Part shown: positions 24,201 through 36,776 of the stretch, in pieces | Position numbering within the stretch: position 1 is the stretch's first letter | How the letters are laid out: every line of letters starts with the position of its first letter | Assembly (NCBI GenBank): GCA_030295235.1 | Contig: AP026156.1 | Location: 1 to 64,000 of the forward strand | Direction: 5' to 3' | Origin: Fistulifera solaris | Lineage: Eukaryota | DNA length: 64,000 bases | The notes under the pieces: model-generated | Databases searched by the model: none | What the model was told of the DNA's origin: nothing | Seen by the model: the letters and a program-made list of their open reading frames with translations, nothing else | Program-made: the position numbers and the translations under genes

Positions 24201-27074
24201 ATGAACCAGTTAGAATGGATGCCTCGTCTTCTCGAGGAGGAAGGCAATTCGACGTCGGATGATATCCAGTATGATGACAAGTCGATCCTCCGTGACACGG
24301 CAATCTTGTACGGATCGATCTTCGCTGTGGTGTGGCTTCTTTTCTGTTTCGTTCGATTGAAGTATCCGCGGCCCTATACGGTTCGTCGCTGGACGGAAAA
24401 GGAAGAGTTGAAGGTAAACTGAATGAAAGAATTAGTTCGATCTTGTGTCATTGTGTGTGGCCAAAATCTCACGCTGTCGCCACAGACCGCTTTGGCAAAG
24501 AACCAGTACGGTTTTATTTCTTGGGTGTTCATGCTCCAAAAGTTTACCGACGATGAAATCATGGAACAATGTGGAATGGATAGTCTTTGCTTCCTCCGAA
24601 CTCTGGAAATGGGAGCGAAGCTGTGTCTGGTGGGAATGTTTAACGCGTTTTGGCTCATTCCTTTGTATGTCACGGCGGATGAGTCGGAGGAAACCTCCAA
24701 CATTGACGATGCAATCGTAGCTTCCACCGTGGCAAATCTTCCGTCCAGTTCAGCGCGACTAATTGCGACCGCGTTGGCATCCTATTTGCTGTTCGGATAT
24801 ACCATGTACTTGATCTATGTCGATTTTAAGTGGTTCATCGGTAAGCTACATTCACGCCTTTTCAACTCGACTGCAATTTATAAAGGATGATTCACAATCA
24901 CCTCTACTTCAATTTCGACAGAAATGCGGCACAAATATTTGAAACAGAGAAAGCCCAGAAACTATGCGTACGTTGACGACTATGCTTCAAGTTCCAATTC
25001 ATGATCGAGTCGGTAAACTAACTATTTGATTCTTTTACAGAGTTTACGTGAGGAACATTCCGAAACAATTCCGCACCAATGCTGATCTGACAAAGTATTT
25101 TCAAAAGTGCTTCTCCGATGATGCAGTGTTCGAAAGTCGCGTGAAAGCCCAACTACCGAATGTGACGAAGCTCCTGCAAATTCGTGCACAAACGGTGGAG
25201 AATTTAGAGTACGCCGTTTCGGTCAACGATGCAACTGGCAAGCGTCCCACGCACAAAGTCAAATCCAAGGACAAGGGGACTTTTGAAGTTGATTCGATTG
25301 AAGGTGAGATTCGTTGTGTGGCTTTTTGAACCCAGTCCAGTTCTAACATCTTCCTCCTAGGATACGCCTCTGATCTCCGAGCTCTCAACCGCGGTATTCG
25401 CAAACGCACCACTTTAACGGATCGCAGATTATCGAAGCATCATACTCCGGACTCGCCGAAAAGTGCAGACAATGACGCTTTCTCTGTCACCGCCGCCGAA
25501 GAAGAAAGAGTGAACGACCTCGCGAACCAAGGGAAGCTATTTACCAAAAGCGAAGCTGTAGATACAACAGAAGGGGAAAACACCAGTGGTGGCTTTGTCA
25601 CGTTCACGAGCCTCAATCGGGCCAATACTGCGATACAAATCGTCCATCATCACGCACCTTTTAATATGGAAGTCAAGCAGGCGCCCGATCCAGTTGACGT
25701 GTTTTGGGCGAATGTGGGGCGCGAACACGCTGATCTGCAAATCGGAAGTCTTATCAGCTTTACTGCTACCGTGGCTCTTTGTCTTTTATGGACTATTCCA
25801 ATCGCTTTTTGTCGTCTATCTCGTCGGTAGAAGGCCTAAAGAGCCAGTTCGGGTGGGTCGAAGATGCGATCGATGCGTTTCCACCGCTGGAGCCCATCCT
25901 ACAACAGATTGCCCCCTCTTCGTGATCATATTCAATGCTTTGCTACCGATTATTCTAGAAGCTCTTTCCATGTTGGAAGGCCCAGTCTCCGCAGCAGTTG
26001 TCCAAGCCTCGACGTTCTCAAAGCTTGCCGCATTTATGATCATTCAAACTTTCTTTGTGTCGGCTGTTGCTGGAAGCTTGTTGACAACGATCAAAGAGAT
26101 AATTGACGACCCGTGGTCAGGAATCGACTTGCTTGCCAATGCCTTACCGGCAAAGTCGACGTACTTCGTACAGCTTGTCTTTGTCAGGACAGTAGTAGGA
26201 TTTGCCGTTGAAAATCTTCGGATTGTTGCTTTGGTCATGGCACTTCTCCGAAAGTGCATCGGACCTCGCTTTACGGAGAAACAAAACGTACTACTTACTA
26301 CGGCTTGAGACCTCTTGCCGACCCATCGCCTTTCTCCTTTGCTTCCAACATGGCCTCTGTGCATGTCTTCTTCTTCATGGTGATTTTCGTAAGTAATATG
26401 CTAGTGCTCTTTTCGTTTGATGCTGTTACTTACTTTTTCTTCCCAAGGTGTACCAAGTAATTGCCCCATCACGTCTTACATTGTTGGACTTTGCTTTTTG
26501 TCCTACACCCATCCTTCCTCCATCAATTTGTCTATATTTATCCGACAAACCCTGACAGCGGAGGAGTGATCTGGCTCAATTTTATCAGAATTATTCAGAC
26601 CTGTATGGTGATTGGTCAAGTCACGATCGCTGGTTTGCTAGGTATCAAACAGGCGAGCATCGGCGCTCCGCTCATGATCCGTAAGTGAAACAATGCTACC
26701 TGTTTCGTTCATTGATTTATTAACCACTTACATTCGTCGTCTTGTAATCAGCACTTATCATCATTACGCTTCTCTTCAATTCCTATCTTCGCCAGGAGCA
26801 TTTCCGTGTTGCTTCTTACCTTCCGTCGATTGAAGCCACGGAGGCTGAAAGCGAGATGAGTGACAGCATCGACCTTCGTTTCCTCAAAGACGCATATCTG
26901 CAAGATGAGCTTCGAAATGAATATGTGTACCCTGATATTTCCGAAGAAACGGCGGCTGTGCTTGATCTGCGACCGAAAGACAAGGTGGATATCGAAATCT
27001 CGAAGGAGGGGACAATCATTACTTTGAGTAAAGCTTCGGGTGCTCAATGTCTCGTAGATAAACGCCATAGATAG
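24201..27074 (+). CDS. OSCA/CSC1 channel, paralog 4 (most divergent, shorter cytosolic loop)
   Basis: Motifs EQCGMDSLCFLRTL, GGFVTFTS, APDPVDVFWANV, LANALPAKSTYFVQ and YIYPTNPDSGG. Confidence 0.9.
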
Positions 27075-27245
27075 TAGTTTGTGTGTCACTGTAGATAAAT
27101 TCTTTGTTCATAGTCTATTCATCCTGCTCGAAAATAAACAATAGATCAACCTAGAATACGAAGGATTAATCACATTCATGGGAGGCAAAAAGCGTGTAGA
27201 TAATTGTACATTAGGAACAACCTCTTTCTGCAGGTCAGCACAGCT

Positions 27246-28874
27246 TTATCTTTGATTTAACGAACGGCAACAAGAGTCCCAATCACGAACCGCGGTCAAT
27301 AGATACTCCACCGTGCTACGCGTTGCTGGGCACAATTTCGTGGCCTTGGCTTGGCCCTCGGTCTCCGGATTCGATGAACTTTCCTTCGTAGCCGCTTGCG
27401 GGTCACTATGAGTCGCATCATTATTGATGACGTAATGCCGCACGTCAGTCGAATCGGTCAGGGCAGAAAAATACTCGGGAATGTAGTAATTGAAGGGAAG
27501 ACTTCTAACAGTACACCGCACTTGGGCATAAAGGGCATCCCGGTCTCTTGCGCTCCATGGCCCGTCAAAACGATATCATGTGATGAAAACCATTGCAACT
27601 GTTCTTGAAACGATGTATCCTCGAAATAGACTTCATTGACTTGTACTTTGTCGCCGAAAACGCGCTTCAATTGTTCCATAATATCTTGCGCATTCAAAAT
27701 CGAGCGACCGTAATGAGCCTCCCGGTTAATGATGCCGATACGCACGACACTGTTACATGACTTTCTCTCAATCTGTTCGCTTCTCAACAGGGCTTCGGTC
27801 CACTTCCAGGCCACATAGCGACGCATATAAAGGAGGTCCACATCCAGTCTCCTTCCCAAATCGGCGGCTTGACGGCGCGTTCCAGTTCCGCTTCGCTGAG
27901 TTGATCTACCGTCGTAATCGTGACATTGAAAACGTCGACCATCGCTTGAAACAATCCTACCATGAAACGGTCTTTCAAGGGCTTATCGAAACCGGCGTGG
28001 TCCACGGGACCCGCCAGAACCGGATGTCCACCACGCTCTTCCCAAAGAGACCAGCAGCCGTAGATCGATTGCATCATGTGCGGAAGATGAAAGGACCACG
28101 GTATCGTATTGAATTTACAAATGGTGTTGTCTCCGTCGCGAGGACCCGGCCAAGTAATCAAGGACTGATCCGATTTCGGCATGAATGTGAGTTCTCCGGG
28201 TTGCGTTTCATTACAGGAAGTAGACGGACTAGTGACCGCAGCACGAGCTTCTAATTCACTCCAGGACACGGTATTCCAGAAGAATGGCGATGCAGGTTCT
28301 GCTTCAGTATTTTGACCGATCGGTTGCGAGTCTTGTGTTTCTAAAACTGGTGACTCTATTATAGCTTCCGATAGTTGTTCAAGTTGTGTTTCTTCTTCCT
28401 TTCTTTCGATATTTTGCTCGACTGTTTGCGAGTCTTGTGTTTCTAAGGATGGCGATTTAACTACAGCTTCCAAAGCTGCTCTGAATGTGTTTCTTCTTCC
28501 TTTGTTTCGATATTCTTCTCGATTGTGGGAGAGTCTGAAGTATCTAAGGAAGGAAATTTCACTTCTGATTCCGGAGTGTCGTGCGTTTCTGTCGGCGGCA
28601 ACTCGGCTGTAGGAGACTCAGGTGGCTTTTCTTCCTTCCTTTCATAGGACTCCGTCTCTTGCGGCGACGCAGGTGACCGATCGATGGATTGCTCGCCGGG
28701 ATTGTACGATGTATATTGTATCTTGACCTCAAAGTGCGCGGGAAACCCGAAGCTCGACAACCGAGTGTACACGAGCACCAGGGTGGCGGTGCACCACAGC
28801 GCGGTAATCCATAACAGACGGTTGCTCAGAAACCTGTTTTCCGGATTTGTCGTCGAAAAGCAGTGATTGAACAT
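27246..28874 (-). CDS. Glycosyltransferase family 61-like type II membrane protein, paralog 1
   Basis: N-terminal TM LLWITALWCTATLVLVY, an acidic stem, and motifs IGIINR..GRSILN and SFQEQLQWFSSHDIVLTGHGAQETGMPFMPKCGVLLEVFP (GT61 HGA motif). Confidence 0.75.
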
Positions 28875-29585
28875 GGTGAGAGGCTATGATTTTGTGTCAG
28901 CAAGAGACTTCGAAATGCCGTTTGTCGTCAGTGTTGGCCGCTTATTCTTCTAGAACTTGGGGAAAAACCTCGAGGGGAAAAGGTCGAGGATCGAGGAAAT
29001 GGTGCGCTTTGCGCTTTGAGAGGGCGAGAAGCGAAAGGCTACTTTTGTACGTAGAGTAGAAGGAGTTGGACTTTTGGATTTAGGATGCTCCAGAAATACG
29101 GAGTAGCTACCACTACACTGTAGATCTGAGATCTGAAGTAGCGAATCAATCACGAATCGCAAACCGCAACCGCAACCCAATGTAATAAGTTCCAGCATGA
29201 TATCGTACTGTACAGTATATAGTACCAGGTATCCAAGATCTTGGATCCTGCATCTGCATCCTGCACAGCAGCGAAACTAAAGTGGCTAGAGCTAGAGGGG
29301 TTAAGAAATATTGGGATTATTGGGACAGACAAGGCAAGAAAAACTAAAGCTATGGAGAGTGAGAGCCTACGCTACGCTTGGCTCTATTCATTTGTGCTCT
29401 CTGGATTCATCGTCAGTCTTTCATGTCATATTTTGTTGCCCTCATTCTCTTCAGGACTCTCGCAGCTTTGAAACAATAAAAGCACGTGACTGCTGAATAA
29501 CGCTATTACGAAGAGTGTCATTCGTCATGAAAAAATAGCTTGAATGTATCAGGCAAAATATTCACAAAGGGCCACATCCCGACGC

Positions 29586-31304
29586 TTACGAGGAGTCGCT
29601 CACTGCCGCATTGCAACAAGAATCCCAGTCACGTATGGCAGTCACAACATGATCTAGCATGCTTCGTGTCACTGGGCACATCTGTATTTTCTTGGCCGCC
29701 AACTCAGCCTCCACAGTTTCCTTGCTTTTCTTCGTATCAGCAATAGGATCACGCGTCCGATCACTGTTCATGATATAATGCCTCACGTGGGTTGTGTCGC
29801 TCAATGCAGAAAAATATTCTGGAACGTAGTAAGCAGATGGGAACACTTCTAACAGCACACCACACTTGGGCATAAAGTTCAAGCTTGTTTCTTGTGCTCC
29901 ATGACCCGTTAATACAATGTCATGGGATGCCATCCATCGAATCTGCTCCTGAAAGTTTTTGTTCTCGAACAAGATTTCATCAACTTGCACTTTATCGCCG
30001 AATACCCGCACGAGTTCATCCATGATTTCTTGCGCATTCAAAATTGAGCGACCGTACCCTGGATGGCGATTGAGGATACCGATGCGAACCACGTCTTGAC
30101 AGGCGTTTCGCTCTATATTCTCATTTTTCAAAATTGTGTCGGTCCATTTCCACGAGTCGTCGCGACGCAAGAAAAAGGGGCGTCCATACCACTCGCCACC
30201 CCAGATTTCCAGATGAACTGCGTCATCTAGGTCCGCTTGCTCGATTTGATCTGTCGTTGTTACAGTTACATTAAAGTAATCCGTCAAAGCCTTGAACATT
30301 CCAATCATGAAGAGATCTTTAAATGGTTCGTTAAAACCAACATGATCCGGGGGCCCACCAGCACAGGGTGTCCACCATGCGCCTCCCAAAGAGACCAACA
30401 CCCGTAAATTGACTGCATCGCATGAGGAAGGTGAAACGTAAATGCGCGTGCATCGAACTTGCAGATCGTATTGTCGCTATTACTCTTTTTTCTGACCAGG
30501 CCAGCCGACGATGGACTGGTCCGTTTTCTCAACCAGTGTAAGATCAGCGGGTTGTGTTTCATTGCATAACGATGATGGCTGTGTTTCCGCAACACGCGCT
30601 TTCAATTCGCGCCACGACACTGTGCTCCAAAAGGCGGGTGATGCAAGATCTGCTACTTCAATACTCTGCTCGGTCCTTTGAGAGTGCTGTGCTTCTGCTG
30701 GAGGAGTTTCCGTCACTGATTCCGAACGCTGCTCTGGTTCTGGCTGTTGAACTTCACTCGTCTCAATATTCTTCTCGGTCGTTGGATGATCTTGCGTTTC
30801 GGTGGACGGAGGTTCCGCTACTTGTTCGGAAATCTGCTCAAGTTGTGTTTCTTCCGCCGAAGTCTCAAAATTCTGTTTGTGTGAGACTTGTGTTTCCGTT
30901 GACGGAGATTCCACGGCGTGTTGCGGAAGCTCCTCGGGTTGTGCTCTTTCCGTCTCCTCGAACCTCGGCTCGTTCGAATGAGAGTCGTGCACTTTGGGCG
31001 ACCCAGCTTGCGCGATAAGTTTCGCAGAGCGTTCTAGCGGTTCTTCATTGTATCTGTCAGATCTATTATATGACGATGCATCCCTGGACTCAAAGTTCGA
31101 TGGGAGCGCACAAGAAGTCAACCGTGAATATCCTAAGTATAGACTCGTTGTGCACCACAGCGCTACGATCAAAAGAAACCGGCTCCTCATGAACCTCTTT
31201 TCCCAAGACGAATGTGTTGATGATGAGGACGGTAACATCGTGAAAGATGATGATTTTCGCATTACGTTACGACCTTTCCCTTCAATTTGTTTTCGATTGT
31301 TCAT
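29586..31304 (-). CDS. Glycosyltransferase family 61-like type II membrane protein, paralog 2
   Basis: Tandem paralog of the previous gene. Motif NFQEQIRWMASHDIVLTGHGAQETSLNFMPKCGVLLEVFP and TM FLLIVALWCTTSLYLGY. Confidence 0.75.
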
Positions 31305-31924
31305 TTTTTGTTGTTTTGCGGAGACGGTCGCAGCAGAACTTGGGGAAAAAAATCGTGCGCGCAGTGCGCATTCGCAGGGAGGAGAAAAAACAATCATTGC
31401 ACTTAAGTACAGGAACTGATACATTAACTTGAGTATTTAGGATGCTTGACTTCGATGCTGTACAGTACTGTATGGGCAGTGCCCATTTTGAATTCGATTC
31501 TCAAGAATCTCAAATATTGCCCTCCATCGTTGTATGGAAAGTTTAAGTACATTGAGTACGTACGATGTGAGTTGTGTGTTGTGTGGGTCCCAGTCGCGGT
31601 CGCGGGTCGCGACTCGTGTCTCAGTTTCAGTTCTCACCTGAAGGGAGTATAGGAATAAATGTAAGAGGCAGAATTCATTCATTCCTAAATCCGTCCATCC
31701 GTCAGCGGTACTCCGCAATAAAACTTGTTCCCAACGGAAAGGCTTGTGTTTCATGCTCAAAGAGAGCATCTCACCTTTTGCTTGGCCGATTTTTCAAGAA
31801 AGGGTCAACGGTCCGCTCACGGAAATGCCTTGACAAGACTCGGCAACATCCATTCTTCGTTCCAATCTTCGGTGAAGCTCTTATCGACCCACGAGACCAG
31901 CCATCAACAAGATCATAACGCATC

Positions 31925-33887
31925 ATGTTTATTGTAACGTTGCTCGGTTTCGTTTCGGTGATATTCGCCGTCCGAGGAGCTGATTTCTCGAGCACCAACT
32001 CGCGCGGCGTCGATTACCCTACCAATCGGTTTCGCGTATGGGAAAACTTGGATCCTCCGACGCAAGATGTAGCCGCATCCATGGGCTACGATGAAACGCA
32101 ATGGAATACACCAGGAACATTTTCCTGGAATACAACCGTTTTCAATTGTTGTCGGAGGCGAATCGGGCTGCCGTAGAACAATTGGGTATCGAGTCGGATG
32201 AATGGGACTGTTATGTCAATCATTATCGCGGATACACATGGGAAGAAATGGAAACGGAAGGAGTTTCGCTTTATTATGAATGGTTTGGCTTCAACGCAAC
32301 GCGATGGGAGCAGGAAAGGGGATTCGTGACGCAAGCGGATAGCCGACTCTGGGATCAACTGGAGCCCACCGAACAAGAAGCTGCACGAGAGCTGTGCTAT
32401 TTTGAGGAACTATGGAATGGTCTTCAGATTCGATTTTGGTCGCAGACGGCGGCACCAACGATATCTTCTTCCGTTTTAGCAACAAATACCCCTACATTAT
32501 CACCTACCATGTCGCCATCCGTTCGTCTCACAGCCTCTCCTACAACTTCTCCTTCGGCACTGTCGTCAGTTTCTCCGACAGCATCCTCTTCAACAGCTCC
32601 TTCTGTTCTATTGACAGCTGCCCCTACATCTACTCCGACATTTATTCCGACAATACCTGCTTTTTCTACAAACATCGATTCAGTCGATTCGATTCGCTAC
32701 GTTCCATGGACGCAACTTAGTGATGAGTTTCAATCCCTCGCCATTTCGCTTGGCTATGACATGGAAGCATGGGATTCACCGGGGACTGCACAAGTAGAGT
32801 CATTGAACTTTATCTCACTAGAAAAGAAACAGCAGGAAATTGTGGCTGCAATGGGCCTTACCGAAGCACAGTGGGACTGTTATATCAATCACTACCAAGG
32901 TTATAGCTGGGACGAACTGCCATCCGAAACTATTCAGCATTTAGAGACTCTTGAATGGGACAGTGCATTATGGGAAAGTGGTGCAGGACCTCCTGAAACA
33001 CGAGATCGGGCTTGGAATGATCTTGGGACTCCTGAACGTGAAGCCGCTATTGCTCTTTGTTATCGATACGAAACGTGGGACATGATTCCCTTGGAGGAAT
33101 GGTATGTGTCGACATTACCGTCCAGGGCTCCCAATGGTGTAATGTCTGTCGCACCTTCAGCAATACAAGCCGGACCTGCATCTGCATTACCCGTTACTTC
33201 CGACAGCCCCACAATGTCATTTACGACAGCTACCTCAGCGGCTCCGTCTTTTAAATCATCCAATAATGTTCCTTTATCTACTATCATCATCTCTTGGGAA
33301 GAAGCTAATCAAGCCATTGAAAGCCGTTCGTTTGAGCGATCTATTGTCGACTACTTGACGGCTTTCTTCGAGGCGGCGGCACCTTCTCCGACCAAATCAG
33401 TGGACGCCACTGCCCTGATCGTTGAGGATCGTAGTGCTATCATTTCCGGTCAGGTCGCCTTCGAGGATAATGCCTCAAAATAAGCCAACAAGACCTCGAA
33501 GACATTCTAATCGGTCATTTTTCGTCCACCGGCACCGCAGAGCTGTACGAGTTTCTTATTGCAAGCGGGTTATCCATTGAGGGCCCCTTACGTGTGGAAG
33601 TCGGTGGATATGACACATCACGTCCAGGTCAGTCCAACGAAGAGGATAAATCGTTTCCTTGGATGATTGTCATTGTGATTGGCACATCGGTGGTAGCCAT
33701 TGCCGCTGCGGCGGTCCTCATTTTCACCGTTCGCCGGATACCGAAGAGTATTCCGACTCCCTCGACGGACTTGGCATCCTTTCGAGCACCTACTACCGTT
33801 ACTCCATCACAGCGACTAGAGATGGACGATTTTTCCATCGATCAGTCTCTGTACACCACGGATACATACCTGCAGGCGGTCCGATAG
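31925..33887 (+). CDS. Type I membrane protein: signal peptide, two W-rich repeat domains, S/T/P-rich linkers, C-terminal TM
   Basis: Signal MFIVTLLGFVSVIFAVRG, duplicated WDCY(V/I)NHY domain, and TM WMIVIVIGTSVVAIAAAAVLIF. Frameshifts near 32125 and 33480. Confidence 0.8.
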
Positions 33888-34329
33888 GATTTGTTGCTTC
33901 TCAGTTTGTTTGTTTTTCTTGTCGACTGTCGACAAGAAAAGCCATGTATGAATGTAATGTTAATATTGAAAGCTTAATGATAGAATTTTCTTTTGGAAGT
34001 AAACACTTTTATTGATATAACGTATTAGAATAAACAGTCGACTTCTTCGTCGCCCTAGGTCTGACGTCCGTTCAACGACGAGCGTCTAAAATAAATCGAC
34101 GCCCGGTACTCGGAAGTGCTCTCTGTGGGTACCGGTATGACTTGGAACGCGTGATCGTCAATCGTCACCCGTCGCGGTCTCTTGCGCGTCAAAACAACAA
34201 CAAAGCGCCAAAAATCGTCGGCTCGAACAATACTCTCTAGTAGACGAACAACACTCCGTCCCTGTTAACATGACGGAGAAAAGATTGTAAACGAGAAGGA
34301 AGTTAAGAACAAGTAGCATATTCATTCGC

Positions 34330-36440
34330 ATGGCCCCGCGCACCGATTCCTCGACGAGGAAACACTCGAACCCGAAATACCGGCCAGTCGAGTGCCGCAA
34401 GTCCTGACGCGCTCGGTAATTCCTTCACTTGTCACGGGCCTCGACGCGAGTGATGTGTTTGAATGCTACTATCTAACACGCGAAACCATTTTGCACGGAC
34501 TTGCAAATAATACGATCGAAATTACCAAAGCCGCCCTGGGATTACGACACAAGGAGCAACACCAAACCACGGCGGCGTCCTCGCATACGCGGGGCAAAAG
34601 CGGAGTCTTTCTCTCACACTCGAGTACGGACCCTCCCGAGCTGCGAGTAATTTACTGCACGAATCAGTTCCGCGGGTTATTTGGGATGATGAGGGGTGTC
34701 TTCGGTGGGATGGGAAAATGAGGCGAAGGTGTATTATACAACCGAAATTGGGTCGGACGAATATCCCACCGCCAACTATTTGGCAAGTGTTTCGGGTGCG
34801 GCCTTGAGTAGTTTGTTGACGACTGCTGTCGAATATATTGAAAGCGACCCGCGTCATCGGCATTATCAGCCCTTTTCGATAGTTGTGGAGCACCAGGGAG
34901 AAGACATCAAGAACAAGCAGACTCGGTTAGCTCACGGCAGTAGCGATGTTGATTTCATGATTGCTCTTTATCAACATTTAGCGACTTTGGGTGTTGCACT
35001 GCGACCAGTATTGTTACCTTCTCACCATCAAGTGCGATTGCATGCAACAGGATGGGATCAAGTACAAATGGGAAAAGATGTACCGGCGGCGACTATTGCT
35101 AGTTTTACGTCAATCTGGGGCGCTGCGTCAGCGCCATTGCAACAAAAGATTACAGTTTTTTTACGCCCACACCTTCACCCACGTTAGAACCCACGAGTAG
35201 TTTATTGTCGTCAAAGGCACCCAGTGCGGAAGAAGGAATCCATCAGGCTGGTGGACCGACCATAGCGTCTCCGCCCTATCCGAGTCTTGCGCCTCACACT
35301 CGTGTAAGAGATCTCAGAGACAAAAGACATCTTGATGGAGGTGCTTTGGCTATAAGCAATGAGCCGGAATCGCTTGACTTGAATGAAGGTGTTTCCGGAA
35401 ACATATCTTCTATTCATCCATCGGTCGACCCTGGCACTATCGCACCTAGGCCCACACCGGTGGGGCCTGCTCCAACTGCCGAAGATGCGCAAAAGAGGCC
35501 GCAGAGGCGGCACAGGCTGCGGCGGAAGCTGCTACACAAGCACACGAAGCGGGTAATGAACAAGCGGCGATGGCGGCCCAAAATGCGGCTACTGCGGCGC
35601 AAAAGCGGCTGACATGACGGCCAGTCAGCAAGCTGTTATATACAGCGAGGCACTGCTTTCGGGTGATGGAAATGCCATGGCTTCTGCTCTCGCCCGGTGT
35701 TTTTCGGATCCGTTGTATGGCATGGCGAAAATAGTGCAAGCCAACGAAACGGAGACCCAATCGGTCACCACCGCATACGTTTATTGGGATGGAAGTTTCT
35801 ATCTTCGACTCAATTTGACAGCACCCTACATTAGTGTTGTTCCGCTAAACATGGAGCTACCACAGCCGGAATCACACAACGGCTTTGTACGAGGAGACCT
35901 AGTGGACTGGACATTAGCTCTTGCGATTCTGGGCTTCTTTTTGTTGGAGTGCTTTTAACCCTGCAACAGATTCTGGGGCGAAATTTAAAAGTCATTCGCC
36001 CTCTTTACAAATTTCAACGCTGGTTCTTCGATCCGCTCAATCATACAATTTCATCCACTGGTGGAAGCGATATCGATTCGTCTGAAAGAAGTGGCGGGCA
36101 AGACTTCATACTCGGAGAGGAAAGAATTCCGATATCGATGGGCGGTAAGCTGGGTCCTTTCTCTTTGATGAACATGTTTTCTCCGGATCCTAGAGCTGAG
36201 TGGGTCGAAGGAAAAGCGGCATCGGTCGGGGAGGTCGAGCTAGCTGTTCGAAGCGATAACGGCGGTGACACTTCGAATAGCTTGGATGACCAAAGCGACG
36301 ACGGTGACTACTCGAATACCATAAGAGACCCGGGATCCGCGAAAAGACTTTTCGAGACCCTGATTTAGTCGAATTGCCCGATTTGAAAAGCAAAAGCAAA
36401 ATTGCTGTTCCGGTCAGTTTTCCATCCTCCCCCCTCTTTA
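34330..36440 (+). CDS. Hypothetical protein with Ala-rich helical segment and C-proximal TM helix
   Basis: Chain of abutting + strand ORFs (34392, 34696, 35205, 35614, 35949) with coding-like composition and TM WTLALAILGFFLL. No family recognised. Confidence 0.55.
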
Positions 36441-36776
36441 GACGATACAGCTGTAGGGCTAACATAAAGTCATGATTGCATGATGTTTATTTTAATTCCT
36501 TTGCAATTCAATCTTCCAACATGCGCCTCAGTGCTCTTCCTGTTGCTTTAGGAAAGACGGTTATATACAATCTTTAAGCTTGTTTACGATACTGCTTGAG
36601 TATGCGGATGTTTCAAAAATCACTCCATTTTTTTACATCGCACACCGACGATGGACCCCAGATAAAAACACCACAGCATCATGTGCTAACTTTTTAACTG
36701 TATCGACTTCGAAGTGGAGACGGTGTCGAACGTGTTGCCATCAAACGCTGTGCCCTGGCTTGGCGCGCTCTCTCAG

